Notes: generated by a model not told the origin, from the sequence alone. A DNA stretch of 64,000 nt from Candidatus Thorarchaeota archaeon (GCA_046482545.1 JAWOEX010000035.1:32001-96000), one strand, 5' to 3'. Shown: positions 1-10,006, counted from the first letter of the stretch. Numbers and translations are program-made.

Positions 1-1011
1 GAGCAAATCGTCACGCTGATTCGGATAAACGCCGATGCCATCAACAAGGTCTCCTGCCACAAATAGATAACGGATATTCTGAACAATCTTCTTTTCGGAG
101 TCCTCTACATCAATGCCTCTAAGCCAGTCAATGAAACGGTCAAAATCATCTTCTAGAAACTCTTTGCTTCCGAAATGGAGGTCTGATATGAATGCAGCAT
201 AGACGGTTCGGTCTGCACGACCTGTTGTTGCGGCAGTAGGAATGTCGGGAAAGATAACATCCTTAGCAATCATTCTTCCATCTTGGTCTATATGGCCAGA
301 TAGACATGTGACTTCATCAAGCAACAATGCGTTACCTTTCTCAAGAAGCTCCTTGCCGTTCAACCCCTTTCGATTGCTAGGAATCACGCAAAGTATATCG
401 CCTTTAGGGTCTTCAATTTCAACAATCACGTTTCTTGAACGAGAAATTCGTTTGTTTTTGACCATCCCAATGACCTTGTGCACAGTTCTCCTGCTATGTC
501 GACCTCCATTTCGCAAGGACTTTCGATGACGGTTTTCCTTCCGTTCCCGGGCCTCAAGTGGTGAAATCGAATTTTTCGTGTCAATTCTACTCATGTAAAT
601 TTGCTTAATGCGGTTGAATCTATCGTTGAATAGATCAAGAAAGTCCTCAACGCTGCCTCCGGAGCCAACTGAGTCTCTATCCGGGTTCGTTATCACATTG
701 ATATTCCAAAGGGAATATCCTGCTTGCGAGTGATCTAGTTCTGCCCCAAGGTCATCAGAAGCAGGCTGGTTCGTATCAGAATCAGTCTTGGATGGGTCTT
801 CCTCCATTTCTGGTGTTGATTGTAGAACTTCTCTCAGGTGCTCTTGTGACAATACAGGGGGAGAGTTCTCGGGGGTATGGCTCACAATAATGGATTCAAC
901 AGCTGCTATTGGCTTTTTTAGCTCTAGGATGTACTCAAGGGCGTCCGGTGTTATCTGTATACCGGAACCAATAAGCCGTTTGAGCAGTGTGCGCCGAATC
1001 GTAGACGTCAA
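1..1011 (-). CDS. polD1: DNA polymerase D small (proofreading exonuclease) subunit DP1, truncated by window edge
   Basis: Not in the ORF track. Minus frame from TTG at 1011 (MTSTIRRTLLKRLIGSGIQITPDA) reaches the calcineurin-like motifs AAFISDLHFGS and YLFVAGDLVDGIGVYPNQ at the edge. Confidence 0.9.
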   Translation of the reverse strand, partial: MTSTIRRTLLKRLIGSGIQITPDALEYILELKKPIAAVESIIVSHTPENSPPVLSQEHLREVLQSTPEMEEDPSKTDSDTNQPASDDLGAELDHSQAGYSLWNINVITNPDRDSVGSGGSVEDFLDLFNDRFNRIKQIYMSRIDTKNSISPLEARERKENRHRKSLRNGGRHSRRTVHKVIGMVKNKRISRSRNVIVEIEDPKGDILCVIPSNRKGLNGKELLEKGNALLLDEVTCLSGHIDQDGRMIAKDVIFPDIPTAATTGRADRTVYAAFISDLHFGSKEFLEDDFDRFIDWLRGIDVEDSEKKIVQNIRYLFVAGDLVDGIGVYPNQRDDLL

Positions 1012-1189
1012 TGGTAAGCCACCTTCAATAACGAACCTAGTCTTTAAACATCTTTTCTGCTCTTCGGAACCATGGATTGATAACGATGTGGGTGTCTTCG
1101 AGGTGCAATTGATTCAGTATGCAAGTAAGGTAATAAACCACATCTCATAGAGTTAGTTTGGCGCCACCTATTCGAAAGGCTGATGGAAT

Positions 1190-2167
1190 ATGCATATTAG
1201 AAAACTGCAAAGAACGGGAGGGACGAGCGGTAGTTCATTCCTTGTGACTTTACCCAAGGAGTGGGTGTTAGCGAGAAACTTGAAGAAAGGCGACCCGGTA
1301 GTAATTGCAGAACGCGAAGATGGTTGTCTTATTGTTGACCCTCGTCTACCGATGGGGGTCGGGAAGCGCTCGACAGAAGTAGAGATAAAATCAAACCTAG
1401 CAAGGCAAGTAACTAGTAAGTATCTGCTAGGATTTGATAAAATCAAAGTTGTCAGCAGCAAGAAAATCACCAAACAGCAGAGAAATGAACTGAAGGATAT
1501 TATCAAGAGATTTGTTTCACTTGAAATAACGGAAGAAAATGACCATAGTATCATGATTCAGTGCTTAATTGATCCTTCACGCCTAGGAGTAGATAAAGCC
1601 ATCCGGCGAATGTATCTTATAGCATCTAGAATGCTTGACGATGCTTTGTTAGCATACATCGACGGGGATAGCGAGCTGTCTCAATCAGTTGTAGAACGAG
1701 ATGAAGAAGTCGATCGATTGTTCTTCCTGATTGTTCGAGAACTTCGTTCAACCATTCAGTATCCTCGTATGTCAGAGTCAATGGGTATTAGACCCGTTGA
1801 AGCACTGGACTTCCGACTCGCAGCCCAGTATATTGAGAGAATAGCTGATCTGGCTGAAGACATAGCAGTCCGTGTTGAGAAACCAATAAACAAAGAGATA
1901 GCAGAGAAAATACAGCAAGTATGCAAAGATGTCAAGGATATGTTAGACAAGTCGGTTTCGAATTTGTTCGATTTTGAAACTGAGAAAGTCAACAGGGTAA
2001 TTCAAGCGGAAAAGGAACTGGACGGAACTACAGCAAGAGTAAGAAAGGAACTAATGGCCGAATTAGAAGAACAGTCACAGCGGCATCTTTACATTGTAGA
2101 TATATTACAGCGGATAGGAGAGGCAGCAAAGGATATTGCTGATCTAGCATTACCAAATCATCAGTGA
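1190..2167 (+). CDS. phoU: AbrB-domain + PhoU-domain phosphate uptake regulator
   Basis: N-terminal RKLQRTGG..SFLVTLPKEW (AbrB/SpoVT); PhoU motifs ERDEEVDRL and ERIADLA. Confidence 0.88.
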   Translation: MHIRKLQRTGGTSGSSFLVTLPKEWVLARNLKKGDPVVIAEREDGCLIVDPRLPMGVGKRSTEVEIKSNLARQVTSKYLLGFDKIKVVSSKKITKQQRNELKDIIKRFVSLEITEENDHSIMIQCLIDPSRLGVDKAIRRMYLIASRMLDDALLAYIDGDSELSQSVVERDEEVDRLFFLIVRELRSTIQYPRMSESMGIRPVEALDFRLAAQYIERIADLAEDIAVRVEKPINKEIAEKIQQVCKDVKDMLDKSVSNLFDFETEKVNRVIQAEKELDGTTARVRKELMAELEEQSQRHLYIVDILQRIGEAAKDIADLALPNHQ

Positions 2168-3555
2168 GCGTTGATATATTGCTATTCGGAACAAGCGGGA
2201 TTAGAGGCGGAATAAAGGACAGAGTAACCACTGACCTTTCAATGAATTTGGGTCGTTCACTGGGAACATATCTAAGGGGTAATGGGAAAATAGGAGTCGG
2301 AGTAGATGCAAGAACATCGAATCAGATGCTAAAAAGCAGCTTTAAGGCGGGGATAGTATCGACCGGTGTAGACGTTGTGAACCTGGGTCTCGTTCCAATG
2401 CCCACAGCGGCCTATTGCAGTACAAAGCATGGAATCTCGGCCTCAGTAGTTATCACAGCAAGCCATAACCCACCGACTGATAACGGCTTCAAATTTTTTG
2501 TGAATGGGCGAGAAATGATTAAATCTGAAGAGGAACAAATCACAAATTTTCTGGAAAACAGGGAATTCCTGATAGCCCCATGGTCTGAAATAGGTCAATT
2601 TTCTACAATTAGTATCAGAAACGAATACTTGCAATATCTTAAGCAGTTCCTCATGAAGAGGGGGAAACGAGGAGACAGTATGCGAGTCTTGATAGATGCA
2701 GCAAATGGTGCAGCATCGATGTATACTCCGTATCTACTAACTAGACTAGGGTTTGATGTTACAACCTTAAATTCAAATCTTGATGGTCATTTTCCGGGTA
2801 GACCGGCAGAACCGTCCCCAGAAAATCTTAAGGATACTATGGCACTAGCAGAAGCCGCTCAATTTCCGGTAACACTCTGCCACGATGGCGATGGAGACCG
2901 AGTAGCAGTCATCGACGAAGATGGTAACTTCATTGATCAGAACAGAGTAATAGCTCTTTTTGCAAGGGAAGAAATCAAGCGGAAGGGAGAAGGGACTGTT
3001 CTCGTTTCTATCGATACCTCTAGTGTTATTGACGAAGTAGTCAAGAATGAGGGGGGACATATAGAAAGAGCACCACTGGGTTCCTTGCAGGAGAAATTTG
3101 CTGAGGGAGGTCACAACATTGTTTTAGCTTCTGAGCCTTGGAAGCCGATTTTCACCAGTCTTGGGCAATGGATGGATGGAATTGCTGCAGCTGCAAGAAT
3201 CGCCCAGATGGTAAAGGAGCAAGGAAAAGGAAGCTGCAAGGAATTGATGATGTCGATACCAGAATATCCGATGCTTCGAGAACATATACGATGCCCAGAT
3301 AGAATGAAGAAATGTTTCATGAAGAAGGTGAAGGGGTTTGTTCAGGAGTTTACAAACGTTGAGAGAATAATTGAGGTAGATGGCGTACGTCTGGAATTTA
3401 CAGACAACTCGTATCTTCTTATCAGAGTTTCAGGAACTGAGCCCAAAGCTAGATTGTACATTGGAGCAAGAAGTGAAAATCGATTGCATGATTTGAGTGA
3501 CGAAGCTAGGAAAATGATGAAGCGTGCCTTAGGTGAGTGTAAGGACGAAGAGTAA
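2164..3555 (+). CDS. glmM: Phosphoglucosamine mutase / phosphohexomutase family
   Basis: FGTSGIRG, catalytic TASHNP, metal loop DGDGDR, RVSGTEP; exact substrate not resolvable. Confidence 0.8.
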   Translation: MSVDILLFGTSGIRGGIKDRVTTDLSMNLGRSLGTYLRGNGKIGVGVDARTSNQMLKSSFKAGIVSTGVDVVNLGLVPMPTAAYCSTKHGISASVVITASHNPPTDNGFKFFVNGREMIKSEEEQITNFLENREFLIAPWSEIGQFSTISIRNEYLQYLKQFLMKRGKRGDSMRVLIDAANGAASMYTPYLLTRLGFDVTTLNSNLDGHFPGRPAEPSPENLKDTMALAEAAQFPVTLCHDGDGDRVAVIDEDGNFIDQNRVIALFAREEIKRKGEGTVLVSIDTSSVIDEVVKNEGGHIERAPLGSLQEKFAEGGHNIVLASEPWKPIFTSLGQWMDGIAAAARIAQMVKEQGKGSCKELMMSIPEYPMLREHIRCPDRMKKCFMKKVKGFVQEFTNVERIIEVDGVRLEFTDNSYLLIRVSGTEPKARLYIGARSENRLHDLSDEARKMMKRALGECKDEE

Positions 3556-3583
3556 TGACACTAGGGCGTCAGTTCATATAGAG

Positions 3584-3693
3584 CGCCGGGGATGGGAAAT
3601 CCGGAACCCATCCAGAGATAGGCTCTTTCGAACCCACGAGCCCAAAGGGCAACGGTTTTCGAGACCGTCTCCGTACCGCTAGGATACCCCGGC
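3584..3693 (-). tRNA. tRNA-Ser(CGA) with 29-nt BHB intron at 59/60 (intron 3598-3626)
   Basis: Acceptor GCCGGGG/CCCCGGC, anticodon loop CTCGAAA, long variable arm; removing the intron restores GTGGG-TTCGAAT-CCCAT. Confidence 0.93.
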
Positions 3694-3723
3694 TTTGCTG
3701 AGTTCCTGCATTCACCTATTATA

Positions 3724-4145
3724 ATAACCTGTTTCTTGCAATTGAGTGAACCCAGCTGAGGAAACTTCTGTGCTCCACCCTTCCTCTGCCGGCGACACCG
3801 CTACGAAGGTACCCGTAGGCCCTTGAGTCAGCAGGGACTTCGTCCGTATTCTTGTAGCTCGTTCTGGAATATCCGGGGAAATCATTCTTTCAAATCGTGG
3901 GGAACGGGTAACCTCTGCGCATACCCCTCTTTTACTTTGATTGCGGTCATAGCGAGTTTGTCCAAGTTACTTGCATTAATCCTCGTTCCACGCTTTCCCT
4001 TTAGTAATTCATCCTCGTGTTCCTCGATGACACCAAGAAAAGCAAGGATGGCGCAAGTATCACGGCCAACAATCTGCCTCAATTGCTGTTGCGTACGGTC
4101 TGTCATTGTCGAGTACTTGATTGGTACCTTGACACTGATATTCAT
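3724..4145 (-). mobile_element. Internally deleted TnpB-family element: N-terminal TnpB-like fragment (MNISVKVPIK..., internal stop) joined to the element right end
   Basis: 3724-~3835 matches the non-coding end of the TnpB remnant at ~40155-40274; the reading frame continues past a TGA (HDLKE*FPRIFQNELQE) and then breaks. Confidence 0.6.
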
Positions 4146-4319
4146 TCCCTGATGACCGTTTTCGATAAAATGAAGAGTATTCAGCAATAAGTGCATAGAC
4201 TGCATTTTGTTATCATTTGCTGCTAGGAACAAATACTTCGTTGGTTGTATGAGTGAGTCATATCACTCATCTCTATGGCTTCCCAAGAACTAGCATATGT
4301 TCCGCGGTGAGTCAATTAG

Positions 4320-4440
4320 TGCGGAGGGCGAGATTTGAACTCGCGGACTCCTACGAGATTATCCTCAGTTGAGGGAATTTGTACCTCAGCCAATTTGGAT
4401 CCTAAGTCCAACGCCTTTGGCCTGGCTTGGCAACCTCCGC
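4320..4440 (-). tRNA. tRNA-Leu(TAG) with 36-nt BHB intron at 43/44 (intron 4359-4394)
   Basis: Acceptor GCGGAGG/CCTCCGC, anticodon arm TTGGA-CTTAGGA-TCCAA, T-loop TTCAAAT; central helix ATCC/GGAT with AAA and AAT bulges. Confidence 0.93.
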
Positions 4441-4513
4441 TTGTTATGTGCGGACTGCACACTCCAAAATATAACCGTTTTGAAAGGGAGGGGGGGACAG
4501 GACGAATCAGTTC

Positions 4514-4610
4514 CTCCAGATGGACCTTCGTGGCGGTGTCGCCGGCAGAGGAAGGGTGGAGCACAGAAGTTTCCTCAGCTGGGTTCACTCAATTGCAAGA
4601 AACAGGTTAT
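4514..4610 (+). repeat. Solo right-end/omegaRNA-like fragment of the TnpB element (MITE-like)
   Basis: 4524-4610 is an 87-bp inverted copy (1 mismatch) of 3724-3810; TCCAGATGGACCT is also shared with ~39983. Confidence 0.8.
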
Positions 4611-4737
4611 AAGGACATGTCATAACGTTTTTATGAGGACCGCAGGATGTCGGCAAGATTGTTAGTTGAGAATCAGTACGTAGTATTGAGATTCTCCAAC
4701 TACTCAAACATCCTATCACTGAGGGTGCGATATCAAG

Positions 4738-5376
4738 ATGTCATCTAAGGGTAAAAAGTCGGCCGGAAGAACAAGGGACAAGTGGCGACAAAAGGATTGG
4801 TATGAACTCACTGCGCCAGATTATTTCGACAATAAGAATGTCGGAAGCACACCGGCAAGCAATCCTGATTTGGTAATAGGTCGCACCGTTACTCCGACTC
4901 TTTATGACTTGACTGGAGATTTCGATCAGATTCATGTCAAGCTGCGATTCAAGGTTTTTGAAGTAAAAGGCAAAGAAGCCCGTACCACCTTCCGCGGGCA
5001 TCAATGGAGCTCTGATTATCTCAGAGGTTTGGTCAAGAGGGGAACGTCAAGGATAGATTGGATTGGGCCCATTCTTACAAAGGACGATTATTTGATGCGA
5101 ATATCAGTGATTGTCTTCACAATGACTCGCGCGAAAAGTAGTCATAAGCATGCAATACGGAAAACAATTGAGAGAATAATTCGCGCACATGCTAAGAAGC
5201 ACAGCTTCGAAGAGCTTGTACAGAAAGTGGTAATGGGCGAGTTGGCGGCTGAGGTTTATGATGCTGTCAAGACAATAATACCAATCAGGCAGTGCAATAT
5301 TCGCAAGAGCAAGGTGCTTAAGGGACCAAAGGAAGTCAAAGAAAGAAGAGAAAGACTTCGCAGGAAAGAGGAGTAG
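4738..5376 (+). CDS. rps3ae: 30S ribosomal protein S3Ae (eS1)
   Basis: DKWRQKDWY..AP, GRTV..TLYDLTGD, DYLRGLVKRGTSRID. Confidence 0.95.
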   Translation: MSSKGKKSAGRTRDKWRQKDWYELTAPDYFDNKNVGSTPASNPDLVIGRTVTPTLYDLTGDFDQIHVKLRFKVFEVKGKEARTTFRGHQWSSDYLRGLVKRGTSRIDWIGPILTKDDYLMRISVIVFTMTRAKSSHKHAIRKTIERIIRAHAKKHSFEELVQKVVMGELAAEVYDAVKTIIPIRQCNIRKSKVLKGPKEVKERRERLRRKEE

Positions 5377-5460
5377 TCAAGCTATATCACCCCATCAGTA
5401 TCTCAATCTGAATGGCACCCCGAGGTTGCGCCAGAACAATGGATTCGTGATGAAAGACTG

Positions 5461-5835
5461 TTATTTCCGTTGCATGGCTGTTTCAATTATTTCTAGTGCT
5501 TCCAATATGCGGAGGAGAAGGGTCACCAGTTGCGTAAGGGATTCTACTGTTTGATGCTGTTCAATACTCTCTCCAACAAGTTTCATCTTTCCAACGAGTG
5601 TGCTATGCAAGGTGGTTAGTATATTAGGAGATTCAGAGAAATCATTGGACTGAGATAGGGTAGGTTGCCCACCACTCTGTTCAGCGAATTGCTGGTCACA
5701 GTTGGCACAGTAGATTTTGTCGCCTACCTTCAGCAATGGGGAACCGCATTTGGGACAAGGCTGTGCAAGCATGCTTGCTCCTTTCCTAAGCAATTCGGCC
5801 ATTTTTCGTACAGCGGGGGCATCTCGATCAGACAT
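5461..5835 (-). CDS. UPF0148 / Sjogren's autoantigen p27-like Zn-ribbon protein
   Basis: MAELLRKGASML..CPKCGSPL..CANC. Confidence 0.85.
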   Translation of the reverse strand: MSDRDAPAVRKMAELLRKGASMLAQPCPKCGSPLLKVGDKIYCANCDQQFAEQSGGQPTLSQSNDFSESPNILTTLHSTLVGKMKLVGESIEQHQTVESLTQLVTLLLRILEALEIIETAMQRK

Positions 5836-6006
5836 GTGATTTCTCGTCTCACAAGAGAAGGATTAGCTTGATATAGATATAAGGAAATCCCAATAGGAAG
5901 TGTATTGCCAGAGGTACAGTATTCATACAGAAATGTTGATATGCTGACGGCCAGTGACATGATTTTGTTGTTTGCACTCGGTACGTGCACCATGATAAGT
6001 TGAGAG

Positions 6007-6279
6007 GTGAGTCCATTGGACCCCGAAACAAAGAAAAGCATTGATCATTCTATTCACCTGCTTAAGCAGATTTCAGAAGATTCCTCGGTTCCACGTAATA
6101 TAAGACGTGCAGCCAATGAAGCGATTGCTATACTCGAAGGCGAGACAGATTCTCCTGCCGCAAAGGCACAGAATGCAATTTCAGTTCTCGATGAACCGAG
6201 TCAAGACCCTAATTGTCCTAATCATGCCCGCACGAAGATATGGCAAGTCTCAAGTCTGCTCGAACCCATTCGAGACTAG
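6007..6279 (+). CDS. UPF0147 family protein
   Basis: D.SVPRNIRRAA, DPNCP.HART.IW; typical divergent neighbour of UPF0148. Confidence 0.88.
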   Translation: MSPLDPETKKSIDHSIHLLKQISEDSSVPRNIRRAANEAIAILEGETDSPAAKAQNAISVLDEPSQDPNCPNHARTKIWQVSSLLEPIRD

Positions 6280-6365
6280 TCCCAATATCATCTACAGGAA
6301 TCTGTGTTGTAGGCTGCCTGCAACATCATAGTGCTCCCGGCGCCTCGTTAGGTAAGTGTTCAAAT

Positions 6366-7817
6366 ATGGCTGAAAAAGTGAGAATCAGAGGAATCTACTC
6401 ACAATCATTAGCTCAAATCCTTCTACAGAATCACTTTGAAATAGTACAGCCTTCCCCTGATGTCGCTAGGCGTTTTGGACTTCCGTTTAGAGATGATATA
6501 CCTGATATCGATATCTGGGACAGAAGTGACCTCCAAGGTATTGTTGCTATAGCATACGAGTCCCTACTCAACAAGCTTGCACATGTACTTCGGAGAAGAC
6601 TTGGCTGGATAATCACACGTACTCCTAGAGTGGCCAAGAGCTCGATATACAAAGGTAAGGTGGTAGGAAAGGACAGACGAACAGGACAAATGAAAGTGGA
6701 CTTGGGTAAAATGTGCGGATTGTTACCAGAAAAGGGAATCAAGCCAGATTCATTCAAGATGGTCCAAGTTAGGGCGCACGATTATGGCCGAAAATCGCCG
6801 GTGCTATCAACCAATATTACTGTACCAGGTAAGGTTGCGGTCCTACTCCCTGAACCAGTTGTGCGGATTAGTACCAAAATCAAGGACGAGAAGAAACGTC
6901 GTTATTTGACAGCGCTTGGTAAGCAGCTGCGACAACATACGGAAGGATGGGGCATCCTCTGGAGGACAGCAGCAGCAAAACTAACTGAAAAGGAGCTTAG
7001 AGATGGCGTTGATGACCTTTTGGATGTCACACAAAGGATATATGCAGATTTCGAAGAGGTAGATGGTCCTGGACGTTTGTTTGAGGGAACAAGTAATGCC
7101 GATATAGAGTTCCCAGCTGAAGTAAAGAAGGCTCTTGACGAGACCCGGGGCAAAATTAGACCCACCATGAAACATCACCATTTCTACAAGAGCGCGAGTT
7201 ACGGTCCCCTAGTAGACTTCGGTGAATTAATCATCGAGGAGAGACCTGAAGAGCAAGACTACATGACATCAAAGCTGGAAAGAGTGGTATCAAGAGATAT
7301 GCCCAAGGTGAATGATTCCATAAATATTGAGCATGTCAAACTCGACGGGAGAAATATTGTTCTATCTCGGGGGATAGTAACAGAAGTCAATACTGGAAGT
7401 TTAACAGTACGCCGGAAGTTTAGATACACTAATCGGAAGTTAAAACTAAATCGGAATCATTCAGAAGACGTAGATGTGTCGTGTACAGAAGGCGATTATG
7501 CTGTTACCAAAGTAGTCCCCGGAGCACAGACTCTAGTTACGAAGTATTATTCGCGTAATGGCAGATTGAAGGGAGCCTATGTAAATCTCAACACCGCTGT
7601 CGAGGTATATCCGAGCAGCAGTGACGATCCAAGTCGGGTTCGTTACATAGATTTAGAGATTGATATTGTGAATCCGATTCAAAGCAAGGCAAGGATAATA
7701 GACCAACATCTCCTCAAGCGGGCTGTTGAAAGGGGGTTCATTACGCAGAAGATGGCTGCAAAGGTAGAAAGAAAGGCTAGAATAATATTTGAAGGTATGA
7801 AGAAGAGCAAAGAATAA
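6366..7817 (+). CDS. fau-1: FAU-1 / AU-binding ribonuclease (RNase E/G-like N-term + DUF402)
   Basis: Start re-set to ATG 6366 (KVRIRGIYS.AL); GWGILWRTAA, HHFYK, YVNLNT.VE, RYIDLEIDIV. Confidence 0.85.
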   Translation: MAEKVRIRGIYSQSLAQILLQNHFEIVQPSPDVARRFGLPFRDDIPDIDIWDRSDLQGIVAIAYESLLNKLAHVLRRRLGWIITRTPRVAKSSIYKGKVVGKDRRTGQMKVDLGKMCGLLPEKGIKPDSFKMVQVRAHDYGRKSPVLSTNITVPGKVAVLLPEPVVRISTKIKDEKKRRYLTALGKQLRQHTEGWGILWRTAAAKLTEKELRDGVDDLLDVTQRIYADFEEVDGPGRLFEGTSNADIEFPAEVKKALDETRGKIRPTMKHHHFYKSASYGPLVDFGELIIEERPEEQDYMTSKLERVVSRDMPKVNDSINIEHVKLDGRNIVLSRGIVTEVNTGSLTVRRKFRYTNRKLKLNRNHSEDVDVSCTEGDYAVTKVVPGAQTLVTKYYSRNGRLKGAYVNLNTAVEVYPSSSDDPSRVRYIDLEIDIVNPIQSKARIIDQHLLKRAVERGFITQKMAAKVERKARIIFEGMKKSKE

Positions 7818-7836
7818 CGGAATTGTACAGATATTA

Positions 7837-8076
7837 TCATTCTATCTGTTCGGTCGTCCTTAAAGAAAGATCAACAGCACCCATCAAATCCTCAAACGTG
7901 TATCGTAAGCTGTCAATACCTCTGCTGCAATCAATCGAAAAATGAACTGAAGTCTCCTTATATATTGATTCAATACTCAAGCCTGAAGGAAGAGGTTCAT
8001 TATCGGGGCGAACAGCATTGAGAGTCCTCTGAGCTGCTTCAGTATTCGCAAACTCAAGATGTATTTCCAATTTCAT
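7837..8076 (-). CDS. pcc1: KEOPS complex subunit Pcc1
   Basis: ~80 aa with AVRPDN and SLR.TFEDL; follows rps15-DHH as in the conserved archaeal cluster. Confidence 0.8.
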   Translation of the reverse strand: MKLEIHLEFANTEAAQRTLNAVRPDNEPLPSGLSIESIYKETSVHFSIDCSRGIDSLRYTFEDLMGAVDLSLRTTEQIE

Positions 8077-9379
8077 TATGTAACAACTCGGCGATTTGTG
8101 AGGGGTCCACTCCGCCAAATAGTCGGAGTGAATATGGAGAGGTAGACTTGATTCTAAATTTCACATCTCTTAATGTCGCAAGGATTGCGTTTAACGTGTA
8201 TACCTCCCTATCCCATACCAATTCTGTATGGCAATCAGAGACTAATAGCAAAAAATGGTTCGGTTCGAATAGACCAGCATCAAAGGCAATGCGTCCAATG
8301 TCAGCCAACACGGTCGGCTCTACGCCCAAGTCTCGGACAATCACACAATTATCTTTGGATTCCAGCTTCCCTTCATCCGCTTTTTTTGTGAGCAAATGAA
8401 AACCACTAGTCGTGGTCTTGCAAATTTCGATATGAGACTCTATGAGAGAATGAAGAAGACGCGAGCGATCCCCGATACAAACGGATGCAGCAATGCCAAG
8501 CTCAAGAATCTTCCAGCAGGTCTTCAGTAGTGGAAGAAGTGAAGATATGAACCGAACAGGTGTATCTTCATCCTCGTGTAGAAAGATATAGTCTTTACCA
8601 AATGCCTCTTTGATGAATTTCAAGGGCAAATTACGAATAAGAATCTCGTTTATTCTCTCTTTCTCATCATTAGAAAGGGATATTATGGGTTCGCCACGTT
8701 TGGAGAGTGGAATATTGGCATCTGCTATAAGCTTCTCACAGGATTCTGCAACACCAGTTAAACCTGGCAAATAGGGATAGATACTGTATTGTAGAATATC
8801 TCTTGCTGAAAGATGATTAATGCCAAAAAGCCTCAGACCCTTTCTTTGTTCTAAAATGCCCTCATCGAGAGCAATCTGAAGAATCTTATTACTCTTAGTG
8901 GAAGGAGTCAAGTCCCTCCATTTCTGTACCAAGGCTACGGCAGCTGCAAGCTGTATATGCCAACGGTTGAGAGATACAATCTTATCTGCAAAAGCGCAAG
9001 AAACAGACGCGAGAGACTCAATGGAGCCCAAGCATTTGGATGAGAAGTCTGATGATGTATCACATCCTAGGAAAATATATCGGCAATCAGAATCCCCTAG
9101 TGAACCATGGATTTCAGTCCCCATAACAACTGTGAGTGATGCCCCTAGTTCTTGAGATATATCTGCAATAGAAGTAACATCTGAAATGGGCTCAGCATAA
9201 GTCAATGTAAAAGGCGTATGATTCTTCAAGTATGACCTACAAATTAGAGATGATGCGATGATGGACTCTGGGCGCGGAGAGGTAATGATTAAAGTTGTTT
9301 CATTACCACTAAGGTCTAAATCCGCCCATAAATCATCTAATTGTTCCGTGCTGAAATAGCCATCAGAGTAGTCAATCAT
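8054..9379 (-). CDS. RecJ/GAN/Cdc45-like DHH-family protein, catalytic motifs degenerate
   Basis: Position between rps15 and pcc1; family-like segments LRLFG, S.YPYLPGLTG, GIAASVCIGDR; no DxD or DHH motif visible. Confidence 0.7.
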   Translation of the reverse strand: MIDYSDGYFSTEQLDDLWADLDLSGNETTLIITSPRPESIIASSLICRSYLKNHTPFTLTYAEPISDVTSIADISQELGASLTVVMGTEIHGSLGDSDCRYIFLGCDTSSDFSSKCLGSIESLASVSCAFADKIVSLNRWHIQLAAAVALVQKWRDLTPSTKSNKILQIALDEGILEQRKGLRLFGINHLSARDILQYSIYPYLPGLTGVAESCEKLIADANIPLSKRGEPIISLSNDEKERINEILIRNLPLKFIKEAFGKDYIFLHEDEDTPVRFISSLLPLLKTCWKILELGIAASVCIGDRSRLLHSLIESHIEICKTTTSGFHLLTKKADEGKLESKDNCVIVRDLGVEPTVLADIGRIAFDAGLFEPNHFLLLVSDCHTELVWDREVYTLNAILATLRDVKFRIKSTSPYSLRLFGGVDPSQIAELLHNEIGNTS

Positions 9380-9413
9380 TTCAGACGAATTGATGATACG
9401 TGGTGTGATAAGG

Positions 9414-9875
9414 CTAGCGCAACAGAACGGCCGCCTTTTCAGGGGAGTATTTCCAGTCTGAAGGTAACACACTCTTCTTTTTATAATATTTCGAGAGCCG
9501 ATGAATCTTACTCTCTGTCAGCTGTAGATTGCGTTTCGCTACATTGTCCCGTTTGTTATCTTCAAGATGCCTGTGGATTGAAGCTGCCTTTGCTATCAGA
9601 TTGCGAAGATCCTCTGGAACATCGTGTGTCAAGTCGTTCTCTTCTAATATCGCGGTGATTTTATTTCCGGTTATGACCTTCACCAAGGGGATACCATACT
9701 GATCTCTGAGAATTACCCCTATCATAGATGGGGAGTTGCCAGCTTTAGCCAATTCGACAATCTTGTCTTCGACCCATTCTGCGTCTTTATTTTCATTCAA
9801 CCATTCAGGAACACGCAGAGTGGATGGGCGCTTGCTCGCAGATTGCCCTTTTCGCCTTGTGTGCATCCTTGCCAT
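9414..9875 (-). CDS. rps15: 30S ribosomal protein S15 (uS15)
   Basis: MARMHTRRKGQS.S.RP, IGVILRDQYGIP, ESKIHRL; start re-set to 9875. Confidence 0.96.
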   Translation of the reverse strand: MARMHTRRKGQSASKRPSTLRVPEWLNENKDAEWVEDKIVELAKAGNSPSMIGVILRDQYGIPLVKVITGNKITAILEENDLTHDVPEDLRNLIAKAASIHRHLEDNKRDNVAKRNLQLTESKIHRLSKYYKKKSVLPSDWKYSPEKAAVLLR

Positions 9876-10006
9876 AGTAGTTTCCTCTGAGTCAGTCAAT
9901 TCCCAAAAACGGGTCTGGTAATTCCTCTTGGAGACAGATATAAACCTTCTCTTGTACACGGGAGTTTTTGTAGGATAGGTGGTTAGATGGATGAAAATTT
10001 GAGGGT

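Noticed and set aside
242-1150. Plus-strand ORFs 242..529 and 788..1150
   Set aside because: Antisense shadows of the PolD DP1 gene; the same applies to most short ORFs opposite long genes in the track.
3882-3884. In-frame TGA as selenocysteine
   Set aside because: It falls in a truncated TnpB fragment with no redox motif or recognisable SECIS; pseudogene decay is simpler.
4471-4481. ATAACCGTTTT as a left terminal inverted repeat of a MITE
   Set aside because: Better explained as the BRE-TATA of tRNA-Leu on the minus strand (AAAACGGTTATAT, ~30 nt upstream).
4316-4665. Three overlapping 90-98 aa ORFs
   Set aside because: They overlap tRNA-Leu and the IS right-end repeat.
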